From an uncultured delta proteobacterium (GTDB lineage Bacteria > Desulfobacterota > Binatia > UBA9968), in the NCBI GenBank assembly GCA_963728565.1, contig CAVSLC010000002.1, positions 1-64,000 of the forward strand: a DNA stretch of 64,000 bases, read 5' to 3'. Of this stretch, positions 1-8,457 are shown piece by piece; positions within the stretch are counted from its first letter, which is position 1; every line of letters starts with the position of its first letter. The notes under the pieces were generated by a model that worked only from the letters and a program-made list of their open reading frames with translations, did not search any database and had not been told where the DNA came from. Both the position numbers and the translations under genes were made by a program.

Positions 1-73
1 ATCCGGTCCCCGAACGGCCGTGGGCTGAAGGAGCGAGGAGTCCGCCTCTCGACTTCGTCGTTGTGATCTCTGG

Positions 74-1354
74 TCAATCCTTCTGAGCGCCGCAAATCTC
101 GAGCGCGACGAGTGCATACATCTTCGCGGCATCGACGATGTCCTTTATTTCGACGAATCGCTCCACTGCGTCCGGCGCGCTCTTGCGCGGCATACCAAAA
201 GTCGCCGCGGGAATTCCCACTTCGTTAAAAATATTGATGTCGCGCCACATACTGGTTTCAGCCGTGCTTACGGGCGGCGGCGGAGCGCCTCTGACGAGCA
301 AATGCGCATTGCGAATGGCATCGATCAAAGGCTCAACATTCTTGCCTTCGTAGCCTTTGCGCGCCATGAAACATTCGATTGTTCCGCCCAATCCCACCGA
401 TTGGACAACGTCGCGCAGTTCCCGCTCCACCAGATTGAACTTCAGCGGCGGCGGCACCCGCACGTCGACATAGATGCTGCAGCTTTTCGGTGTGGTGCTG
501 GGCTTGTACGGGGCGCCGGCGCGAATCGCGCCGATACTGACTTTGGGAACCATTTTGCCGACCGGATATTCAATCGTGTGTTTTCTCTCGTATTCTACGG
601 CCCACTTCTCGATGGCTTGGATTACCGCGACCATTTTGATCAGGGCATTGGGATTGTCTTTGAGCTCACCCCGTTCGGGTATTCTTGGCGTATAAAAACT
701 TTTACCGTCCACAGTCACTTTGAAATAAGCGGCGCCTGCCTCGATCCAGGTGACGCCAAAATCGGTAGTTTCGGCGATCAAAGCGAAATCGCCGTTGATG
801 CCATGGGTCACTGCATGGCGGCTGCCATAACCTTTGCCGATGAATTTCGCGCCGCGGAATTCATCCACCGGTCCCATGCCGATCTCGCCGACTACCATCG
901 TCATCAGGATATCGCCGGCCAAACCAATGCCGCTGTTTTTGATGGCTTTGGTCGCGATCATGAACGCCGCCATCGGACCGCGATCGTTTTGCACCGCCAG
1001 GCCAAAGATTCTTTTCTTATCCTGATCGACTGATGCGGTGGGGCCAGGCGGAGGTTCCTCATCGAGGCGCATCGGCATGCCTTGCTCGGAATCCATATGG
1101 CTGTTGAAGATCAAACTCTTACCCAGCCCCGTGCCCGGCAGTATGCCGATCGTGTTTGAGCGCCCTTCGGAAACCAGTTGCTGGTAGGAGTTGTCAAAAC
1201 CATTTGCCCTGAGCCATCGCAGCACGAAATCCGCCATCGGTTGCTCGTAGCCAGATGGCGCCTTGATATTTCCCATCGCCACAGCCAATTCGACCAACTC
1301 CTGTTCGTCGATTAACTTGAGAACCGCGTCCTGCTCCGTCGTTGAACCACTCAT
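74..1354 (-). CDS. M20 family metallo-hydrolase (ArgE/DapE-like) with atypical metal ligands
   Basis: 426 aa; IFNSHMD, QNDRG (for xDMKG), VVGEI (for GEE), IAET motifs; dimerisation domain with VDVRVPP. Confidence 0.85.
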   Translation of the reverse strand: MSGSTTEQDAVLKLIDEQELVELAVAMGNIKAPSGYEQPMADFVLRWLRANGFDNSYQQLVSEGRSNTIGILPGTGLGKSLIFNSHMDSEQGMPMRLDEEPPPGPTASVDQDKKRIFGLAVQNDRGPMAAFMIATKAIKNSGIGLAGDILMTMVVGEIGMGPVDEFRGAKFIGKGYGSRHAVTHGINGDFALIAETTDFGVTWIEAGAAYFKVTVDGKSFYTPRIPERGELKDNPNALIKMVAVIQAIEKWAVEYERKHTIEYPVGKMVPKVSIGAIRAGAPYKPSTTPKSCSIYVDVRVPPPLKFNLVERELRDVVQSVGLGGTIECFMARKGYEGKNVEPLIDAIRNAHLLVRGAPPPPVSTAETSMWRDINIFNEVGIPAATFGMPRKSAPDAVERFVEIKDIVDAAKMYALVALEICGAQKD

Positions 1355-1536
1355 CTGAGCCTCCCCTTATTCATTAATCTCCACGGCTGCTGAAAAACAC
1401 TGCCCTCGCGTTGCTCTTCCGGCATCGCTCCAGCATTACCGCAGACATAACTGCCGGCTCAAGAAAAACCAAGGCAGTGCGGATTGCTTTTACTTTGAGC
1501 AAAAGTGCATTAGTTCTGTGTCGAGGTTGAACCCGC

Positions 1537-2331
1537 GTGATAAAAATTCCTGCGCTCGAACTTCGCGATGTTTCATACGTCGGCAACGGTAAAGCAATTC
1601 TCCGGAATATCGACTGGTCGGTTCGATCCGGCGAGCATTGGGCCATTCTGGGTCCCAATGGTTCCGGCAAGACCACACTGTTAAAGATTGCTTGTGGCTA
1701 TATCTGGCCTAACGCCGGCGGCGAAGTGTTTCGGCGAGGGAAGTCGCTGACCAATCTTCCTGAACTGCGCAAGAGCATCGGCTGGGTAACATCAACTTTG
1801 ACGGCGCAAATACCGAATCACGAAAAAATCATTAGAACCGTGGTATCGGGAAGGTTCGCGCAGATCGGCCTTCTCGAACAATTTGGCGGCGATGCCGGCA
1901 AGAGGGATTACGCGGCCGCTCGGCGCTACTTGTCCGAGATGGGTTGCGATCACCTGCGCGATCAGGAGTTTGGGGTTTTATCTCAGGGTGAGCAGCAGAA
2001 GGTATTGATCGCGCGCGCCCGCATGACACGGCCTTACCTGATTGTGTTGGATGAGCCGTGCGCCGGCATGGATCCGGGCGCGCGTGAAAATTTTTTAGCG
2101 ACGCTTGGGCGAATCGCCCGCCAGTCAAGAATCCCGGCTCTGATCTATGTCACCCATCACGTCGAAGAAATTCTGCCGATGTTCAAAAAAACTCTCATCT
2201 TGAAAGACGGCCGGGTAGTTCATTGTGGCAATACGGATCGCGTGCTGAAGGGCGATATCTTGCGGGAGCTCTACGGTATATCCTTGAGCATCATGAAAAG
2301 AAAAGGGCGTTGCTGGCCGGTTGTCCAGTGA
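1537..2331 (+). CDS. ABC transporter ATP-binding protein (ModF/YlmA-like, no adjacent permease)
   Basis: Walker A GPNGSGKT, signature LSQGEQQ, Walker B IVLDE, H-loop VTHH. Confidence 0.9.
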   Translation: MIKIPALELRDVSYVGNGKAILRNIDWSVRSGEHWAILGPNGSGKTTLLKIACGYIWPNAGGEVFRRGKSLTNLPELRKSIGWVTSTLTAQIPNHEKIIRTVVSGRFAQIGLLEQFGGDAGKRDYAAARRYLSEMGCDHLRDQEFGVLSQGEQQKVLIARARMTRPYLIVLDEPCAGMDPGARENFLATLGRIARQSRIPALIYVTHHVEEILPMFKKTLILKDGRVVHCGNTDRVLKGDILRELYGISLSIMKRKGRCWPVVQ

Positions 2332-2597
2332 CCGCGGCGTTGCGATCCTTATCGATCCCACAAAAACAAAGCTGTGAGCGATTCTAAAGGGCGACGCGGG
2401 AGAGCGAAGTCATGGCGGCGAACAGGTCCGGTGCGCCGGTCCGGAGCTCGCGTCTCAGCCGTCAGCGTAGAAAATCACCTTGCACCCGAGTACCCGAGTA
2501 TCGAGGCAGGAAATCCAAGCTAACTGATGGGCTGTCCTTATTAGCACACACGGTCAATCATCCGGAACCCCCTAGTCACATCACATTCTTCACACCC

Positions 2598-4082
2598 ATG
2601 ATTTCGTCCCCCGGTCATGAACCGATCACGCAGCGCCATCGGTGGTGGTCGTTGGCGGTTGTGTCATTAGGAACGTTTATGGTGACCACTGATATCGGGC
2701 TGCTCAGCATTGCGCTTCCGGTGATTATCACCGATTTGCGAGCGGACCTGGCTTTGGCAGGCTGGATTGCGGTGATCTATGCGCTGGTGACGGCGTCTCT
2801 CTATCTTCCCTGCGGCAGACTCTCGGACATGATCGGTCGGGCCAAGGTATACCGGGTAGGATTCTTTGTCTATGCGGGGACTTCGCTGGTCGCCGGTTTT
2901 GCGCAGGACGCTTGGCAATTGATTTTCTTGCGCGCGCTGCAGGCGATCGGCAGTGCGCTGATTATGACGAACAGCTTCGCGATGGTGGCGGCGATTTTTC
3001 CGCCGGAAGAGCGCGGTCGCGCTATGGGAATCGCCGGCGGCACGGTTTCAGCGCTCGGCTATACCTTGGGCCCGGTGATTGGCGGACTACTCACTTATGC
3101 GCTGGGCTGGCGGTCCAACTTTTTTCTGACTTCGCTGCTGTCGATTATCGGTTTCACGGCGGCCTGTTATCTGCTGCGCGATGACGCCGATGAGCCGGCA
3201 CGGCCTGGCGCGAAAGAGTCCTTCGACTTTGCCGGCGCGGTGAGTTTCGCGTTGGCTATATGCGCCTTGCTGCTGGGGCTAACGGCAGGGCAGAGGGCGG
3301 GTTGGAGCAGCGTTCCGATCCTAAGCGAACTTGGTCTTGGTCTGGCCACATTAGCTTTTTTCATTTGGTGGGAGGCGGGCAGCCGCTTTCCTCTGCTTGA
3401 TTTGGGGCTTTTTAAGATTCGCGCATTTAGCCATGGCAACATCGCTCGCCTGATCAGCTTCATGGTAATTAGCTTAAATAATCTGGTCATGCCTTTCTTT
3501 TTACAGCTCGCCATGGGCTTGGATCCGCTGCAGGCCGGGCTGCTCGTCGCGCCGACGCCTTTGGCGTTGGCATTGGTGGCGCCGGTGGCTGGATGGCTTT
3601 CGGAGAAGGTTTCGGCGCGCTTGCTTACCGCGGCGGGATTAACGCTCAAGGCAATTGCCTGCTTTCTGCTGTCTTATGTTTCGATCAACGCGTCTTCTTT
3701 TGACTTGGTTCTAAGACTGGGACTCTTAGGATTGGGGTTGGGAATCTTTCAAACTCCGAACAACAATTCCCTGATGAGCTCGATTCCCAGAGAACGGCTG
3801 GGAGTGGGATCATCTTTCTTGTCAGTCGTCCGTAGTCTGGGTCATTCTGCCGGGACGGCGCTGGCCACCGCAATTATCAGCGCGCGGCTGGTCGCGGTTA
3901 CCGGAAGAAATGCAGTCGATGATCTGAAGCACGCCACAGGCGTTGGCGCGGGAGCGGTGCTGCCGGCCTTTATGGAAGGATTCCGTTATGCCTTTTTGAC
4001 TGCGGCCGCCCTCTGCATCCTCGGCGCGGTAATCAGCGCGCTACCGGCGGAGAATAAACGGTCGAAGCCGGGGCGCGCATAG
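2598..4082 (+). CDS. MFS transporter, DHA2/EmrB-like (about 14 TM)
   Basis: GRLSDMIGR motif A, ERGRAMG, GPVIGG motif C; start placed at ATG 2598 rather than 2412 because the upstream 62 codons are hydrophilic and non-MFS-like. Confidence 0.9.
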   Translation: MISSPGHEPITQRHRWWSLAVVSLGTFMVTTDIGLLSIALPVIITDLRADLALAGWIAVIYALVTASLYLPCGRLSDMIGRAKVYRVGFFVYAGTSLVAGFAQDAWQLIFLRALQAIGSALIMTNSFAMVAAIFPPEERGRAMGIAGGTVSALGYTLGPVIGGLLTYALGWRSNFFLTSLLSIIGFTAACYLLRDDADEPARPGAKESFDFAGAVSFALAICALLLGLTAGQRAGWSSVPILSELGLGLATLAFFIWWEAGSRFPLLDLGLFKIRAFSHGNIARLISFMVISLNNLVMPFFLQLAMGLDPLQAGLLVAPTPLALALVAPVAGWLSEKVSARLLTAAGLTLKAIACFLLSYVSINASSFDLVLRLGLLGLGLGIFQTPNNNSLMSSIPRERLGVGSSFLSVVRSLGHSAGTALATAIISARLVAVTGRNAVDDLKHATGVGAGAVLPAFMEGFRYAFLTAAALCILGAVISALPAENKRSKPGRA

Positions 4083-4229
4083 CAGGCTCCTGAAAGAACC
4101 TCTTGCAGGCTGTAAAAAATGAAGATAGAAGGCGCGCGAAAAATCGACGAGCATAGGCGTACTCACAGTAGCTCGGAGCGAAGTGATCGAGCGCACGATG
4201 CATTTGGGGCTTTTTCAGCTGCCTGCTAG
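4080..4229. mobile_element. MITE-like non-autonomous element (about 150 bp) with terminal inverted repeats
   Basis: Left end TAGCAGGCTCCTGAAAGAA versus reverse complement of right end TAGCAGGCAGCTGAAAAAG; fills the whole gap between two convergent genes. Confidence 0.7.
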
Positions 4230-4963
4230 AATTCGCTGACGCCGAGGCGCCCAATGAATGGTAGCTTCAGCGCGGGCTTGAGAATATCAACGCCGAAACT
4301 TAGGCCAAGCAGATTCAATTCGATGCCTTCTTCGCGCGCCAACATGATTCCAAACACTCCCAATAGCGAAAGCTGATAACCAGTTCCGCTGGGCGCCCGA
4401 TCGATCATCGAACCGTTGATCGGATAGTCCTTGCCGATTGCGGTGGCGGGAAGGTCCATTTTAAGTTCCGGCACTTGCCGGCCGACGTAAGCCATAAAAG
4501 TGTTGCTGTTGGGGCCTGGCCATAGTTGATACTCATCGGCATAGGGATAAGTCGCAGTGGCCTGAACAATTTTTGGGATTGCCGCGGCTGCGACATCGCC
4601 GCGGATATCCAGGAGAAGCTCGGGTTCGTTGCCAAACCAGCGTCCGTCGGGAATACCCGGCGCGGAAACCACCACGGGCAGATTGCGGTATGCCCGCCAA
4701 CCGATAACATGATGGATTGTATATTGAGTCCCATCAGGCGGCTTGGTGGCGATCCACGTATGCACACCAAAAATGCCGCGCCAGTTAAGCGCGCGAGCGC
4801 CATAGACTTGCACGACCGCTTCGGGCGTGGTCTCCGCCGCCGGCGCAATCCCAGCGCTCGAACGGTCCGCGGTTCGATAGTCTCTGCCCAGGGGAACCTG
4901 TCCTGAAAGAACCGTGTAGAGCGGCAGCCCCAAAACAAACAACAGTGAAAAAATTAGAATCAT
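4226..4963 (-). CDS. DUF3750-like domain protein
   Basis: ADRSSAGIAP, WRGIFGVHTWI, WPGPNSNTF, LPATAIGKDY motifs; hydrophobic N-terminus from ATG 4963; the longer 428-aa frame overlaps ispF antisense. Confidence 0.8.
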   Translation of the reverse strand: MILIFSLLFVLGLPLYTVLSGQVPLGRDYRTADRSSAGIAPAAETTPEAVVQVYGARALNWRGIFGVHTWIATKPPDGTQYTIHHVIGWRAYRNLPVVVSAPGIPDGRWFGNEPELLLDIRGDVAAAAIPKIVQATATYPYADEYQLWPGPNSNTFMAYVGRQVPELKMDLPATAIGKDYPINGSMIDRAPSGTGYQLSLLGVFGIMLAREEGIELNLLGLSFGVDILKPALKLPFIGRLGVSEF

Positions 4964-5284
4964 CGCGGTGTTTACCAGAGCGAGAGTATAACCATCAATA
5001 TAGGCCAATGCTAGCACGCCGCTGAAGAAGTCTGATAGGCTCGTTGTACTTGCTCGACTCGCTTCAACGTACTGAATCGTACGCCTCTGCATCGAGCTGC
5101 GCACGCCTTGCTCTGGGTCTTTTGAGCGCCCTGTGATCAGAGTTTTCAAAACCGCTAGAGAGCCACGTGGATAACAGGAACTCGCGAGCGGCTCATACCG
5201 AATCGCAAGCAGATCAGGGGTCTTAAACTCCGTAAAATTCGCTATTCTTGTGATCGCTTGCAAGCCAGGATAGATTTCCCAACC

Positions 5285-5767
5285 ATGGCAGCGGAGATAC
5301 GCATCGGACATGGCTTCGACGTGCATCGATTCCGGCGCGGTCGTAAACTGATCCTGGGCGGTGTTGAGATACCGCATAAGCTTGGACTGATCGGTCACTC
5401 CGATGCGGATGTCTTGCTGCACGCTTTGATGAACGCGCTGCTCGGCGCGATGGCGGAAGGAGATATCGGCACGCACTTCCCCGACAGCGATCCCCGTTAC
5501 AAGAATATCCAAAGCGCCAAACTCTTGGCGGAGGTTCTTGCGATGATGCGCCGCAAGCGCTTTAAATTAATCAACGCCGATGTCACTCTGGTGGCGCAGG
5601 AACCCAGGCTGGCGCCTCATTACGCGGCAATAAGAACAAACGTGGCGGGATACTTTAAAGTCGACAAAAATAGGATCAACATCAAAGCCAGCACGACAGA
5701 AAAACTCGGATGGGCTGGAAGGGGAGAGGGTATGGCCGCCACCGCGGTGGTTTTATTGGCGCGATAA
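5285..5767 (+). CDS. ispF: 2-C-methyl-D-erythritol 2,4-cyclodiphosphate synthase
   Basis: RIGHGFDVHRF, GHSDADVLLHA, DIGTHFPD, KASTTEKLG. Confidence 0.97.
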   Translation: MAAEIRIGHGFDVHRFRRGRKLILGGVEIPHKLGLIGHSDADVLLHALMNALLGAMAEGDIGTHFPDSDPRYKNIQSAKLLAEVLAMMRRKRFKLINADVTLVAQEPRLAPHYAAIRTNVAGYFKVDKNRINIKASTTEKLGWAGRGEGMAATAVVLLAR

Positions 5768-5788
5768 TCTCTCTAAGGGGCCAAATGG

Positions 5789-5817
5789 TTGACAAGTTTT
5801 TTTTTCTATATTAATCA
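5789..5817 (+). promoter_or_regulatory. Putative sigma70 promoter for the Rieske/cytochrome b operon
   Basis: Perfect TTGACA at 5789-5794 followed by a T-tract and TATATTAAT; spacing to the best -10 is short (12-14 nt), so tentative. Confidence 0.4.
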
Positions 5818-5833
5818 ACTGCTCTGATCTTAA

Positions 5834-6181
5834 GTGATTTCTAATCTGCCCAACCTAGCGCCGCAAGCGCGTGAACAAGAGATCGAAAAGGTAGCTCAAG
5901 AGCTTGGCCGTCTGATTCAGGGCGCCGACCCTGAGCAGCGCAACGATCTTAAAGAGCTGGCGTTTGCCCTCATCCGAGAGGAGTTCATCCACAAGGCTGA
6001 GGACCAAGAGAGCCAACCAGGGTCAGCTCCGGCGCCCTTCAATCCGTTGGGAACAGGGGTTTTGATTTTTTGTGTAGGCGCGGGTCTGTCGTTTATTTTT
6101 GGACCGGTCGGTTTGGTTCTCATGTTGGCCGGAGTGGTTTTTGTAACATGGGGAGCCCTCATCAGTTGGATCAAAGGATAA
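5834..6181 (+). CDS. Hypothetical membrane protein (two C-terminal TM helices), first gene of the Rieske/cyt b operon
   Basis: 115 aa; charged helical N-terminus, hydrophobic hairpin at C-terminus; 7 bp gap to the Rieske gene. Confidence 0.7.
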   Translation: MISNLPNLAPQAREQEIEKVAQELGRLIQGADPEQRNDLKELAFALIREEFIHKAEDQESQPGSAPAPFNPLGTGVLIFCVGAGLSFIFGPVGLVLMLAGVVFVTWGALISWIKG

Positions 6182-6188
6182 GAGCAGT

Positions 6189-6707
6189 ATGCCCGAAGAG
6201 GTAAAGAAAAAACGCGGTATCTGGTCCAGGAGAGACTTTTTCACACGCCTGGGTTGGGGCGGATTTGGAATATTCGGCGGCTTGAGCCTGTTAGGTTTTC
6301 TTCGTTCCGCCTTTCCGCGTGTGTTGTTCCAGCCGCCTTCTACTTTCAAAGCAGGCTCTCCTTCGGACTATGCCATCGGCGAAGTCAGCGAAAAATACAA
6401 GCAGGATCAGCGCGTATGGATTGTTCGGGAAGACACCGGAATTTACGCGATCTTCGCCAAATGCACTCATCTCGGCTGCACGCCGCGCTGGCTCGCTACC
6501 GAAGCCAAATTCAAATGCCCCTGTCACGGCAGCGGGTTCTTCAAATCCGGTTTGAATTTTGAAGGTCCGGCACCGCGACCGCTAGATCGTTTTCAAGTTA
6601 CCCTCGGTGACGATGGTCAACTCGTGGTCGACAAAAGCAAAGTATTCAAAATGGGGCCGGGCGGGGAGCCGGATGAGCAGCACGCAGAGAGCATTTTGAA
6701 AGTTTAA
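6189..6707 (+). CDS. petC: Rieske 2Fe-2S subunit of quinol:cytochrome c oxidoreductase
   Basis: Tat motif SRRDFF, boxes CTHLGC and CPCHGSGF, GPAPRPL. Confidence 0.95.
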   Translation: MPEEVKKKRGIWSRRDFFTRLGWGGFGIFGGLSLLGFLRSAFPRVLFQPPSTFKAGSPSDYAIGEVSEKYKQDQRVWIVREDTGIYAIFAKCTHLGCTPRWLATEAKFKCPCHGSGFFKSGLNFEGPAPRPLDRFQVTLGDDGQLVVDKSKVFKMGPGGEPDEQHAESILKV

Positions 6708-6718
6708 CGGATAGGAAC

Positions 6719-7489
6719 ATGAGTCTTTTAGAAAAGATCAAAAGCGATATCGTAGAAAGCCACGTTTGGAAATCGATCTTTCGTCACGGCTATGAAGATA
6801 CCCCGCGCAACCGCGTGATGATGGTCACCTCAAACGTTTTTCTTCATCTTCATCCCGCAAAGGTGCGCCGCCATGCCGTCAGAATGCGCTTTACCTGGTG
6901 CATGGGCGGGCTGACTTTCCTGATGTTTTTGATCACCGCTGTGACTGGAATCTACCTGATGTTTTATTATCGGCCGGTTGCCGAGTACGCTTATGCGGAT
7001 ATGAAGTACCTGGAGACCGACATGCCGTTCGGCATGCTCATGCGCAACATGCATCGATGGGCCGCGCACGCCATGATCGTTTTCGTCTGGCTGCATATGT
7101 TTCGCGTATTCCTGACCGGCTCTTACAAACCGCCGCGGGAGTTTAACTGGATTGTCGGTGTGTTGCTGCTGGTGCTGACGCTATTGCTGAGCTTCACCGG
7201 TTATCTGCTGCCCTGGGATCAGCTTGCTATCTGGGCTGTCACAGTAGGTTCGAACATGGCACGCGCGACGCCGTTATTGGGCTATGAAGGTCCGTTTGCC
7301 GAGTTTGTCGGCGCGAATCCGATCTACGATGCGCGGGCGTTCCTTTTTGGCGGCGGCGAGATCGGTCCCCATACCTTATTGCGATTCTACATCCTGCATT
7401 GCATCTTCATTCCATTGGTTGCCAGCATCTTGATGGCGGTGCATTTCTGGCGGATTCGCCGCGATGGTTTCTCAGGTCCTTCCTTATAA
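6719..7489 (+). CDS. petB: Cytochrome b6-like N-terminal subunit
   Basis: WCMGG (heme ci Cys), RNMHRWAAH, WLHMFRVF, GYLLPWDQ, RFYILH...HF. Confidence 0.93.
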   Translation: MSLLEKIKSDIVESHVWKSIFRHGYEDTPRNRVMMVTSNVFLHLHPAKVRRHAVRMRFTWCMGGLTFLMFLITAVTGIYLMFYYRPVAEYAYADMKYLETDMPFGMLMRNMHRWAAHAMIVFVWLHMFRVFLTGSYKPPREFNWIVGVLLLVLTLLLSFTGYLLPWDQLAIWAVTVGSNMARATPLLGYEGPFAEFVGANPIYDARAFLFGGGEIGPHTLLRFYILHCIFIPLVASILMAVHFWRIRRDGFSGPSL

Positions 7490-7512
7490 GCGGTTTACCC
7501 AAGAGGAGTACA

Positions 7513-8280
7513 ATGGCAGAAGCCGTTCGAGAGAGAAGACTTCCGGTTGACGATAAAATCCATACCTGGCCGCATCTCGTGCGCATGGAGTTTCTGGTCG
7601 CGCTGTTTGTCACCGTCGCTTTAACTCTTTGGGCGATGATGGTCGATGCGCCTCTCGAAGAGCCCGCTAACCCGACCCGGACGCCCAATCCTTCCAAAGC
7701 TCCGTGGTATTTCCTCGGTTTGCAGGAGATGCTGGTCTATTTCGATCCGTGGCATGCCGGTGTTGTGCTGCCGACCTTGATTATCGTCGGCCTGATGATC
7801 ATTCCCTATATCGACATCAATCCCAAGGGAAACGGTTATTATTGTTTCAAAGATCGCAAATACGAAATTTTGACGTTTTTTTTGGGGTTCCACGTGTTGT
7901 GGATTGTCACCATCATTATCGGTACGTTTTTCCGCGGACCGGGATGGAACTTGTTCTGGCCTTGGCAACACTGGGACGCGCACAAGGTCGTCGCACTGAC
8001 CAATGTGGACCTGCCTTATCTATTCGGGTTTCGCGACTACTGGTGGTCGGCGATTTTCGGGTTGATGGTCATCGGAGCCTACTTCGTCCTGGGCTTGCTT
8101 GCCTTTTACTACTGGGTTCTCAAAGTCAAAGGAAGAGAGTTTCTCGAACGCTGGGGGATGGTGCGGTTTACCCTGACGGCGGTGATATTCGTGCTGATGC
8201 TGTCGCTGCCCGCCAAGATGTTTCTGCGGTTAGTCTTCAACGTAAAATATATTCTGGTTACCCCCTGGATTAATATTTGA
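7513..8280 (+). CDS. petD: Cytochrome b C-terminal (subunit IV-like) protein, extended
   Basis: SD AGAGGAG then ATG 7513; WPHL, LEEPANPTRTPNPSKAPWYF (PEWY equivalent), IPYID; extra C-terminal TM helices. Confidence 0.88.
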   Translation: MAEAVRERRLPVDDKIHTWPHLVRMEFLVALFVTVALTLWAMMVDAPLEEPANPTRTPNPSKAPWYFLGLQEMLVYFDPWHAGVVLPTLIIVGLMIIPYIDINPKGNGYYCFKDRKYEILTFFLGFHVLWIVTIIIGTFFRGPGWNLFWPWQHWDAHKVVALTNVDLPYLFGFRDYWWSAIFGLMVIGAYFVLGLLAFYYWVLKVKGREFLERWGMVRFTLTAVIFVLMLSLPAKMFLRLVFNVKYILVTPWINI

Positions 8281-8447
8281 TGTTCTATGTCGCCAAGGTT
8301 CTGCAAGCGCTGGGGCTGGCAGATGTGGGCTATGCCTTGCTTACGGGTATTATGAAGAATTCATCGATGGCGGAAGAAATAGTTTTGGCATTGATCGGTC
8401 TTGGGGTTTTTTCTTTGGGGCGCGCGCTGGAGCGCAAGGTCGCTTGA
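8280..8447 (+). CDS. Small two-TM protein (55 aa), not in the ORF track
   Basis: MFYVAKVLQALGLADVGYALLTGIMKNSSMAEEIVLALIGLGVFSLGRALERKVA; ATG overlaps the upstream stop (TGATG) and the ORF ends 10 bp before the next ATG. Confidence 0.75.
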   Translation: MFYVAKVLQALGLADVGYALLTGIMKNSSMAEEIVLALIGLGVFSLGRALERKVA

Positions 8448-8457
8448 GGGAGTCGCG

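Noticed and set aside
4964-5512. N-terminal extension of the 428-aa minus-strand ORF
   Set aside because: Largely the antisense shadow of ispF; family similarity begins only near 4963
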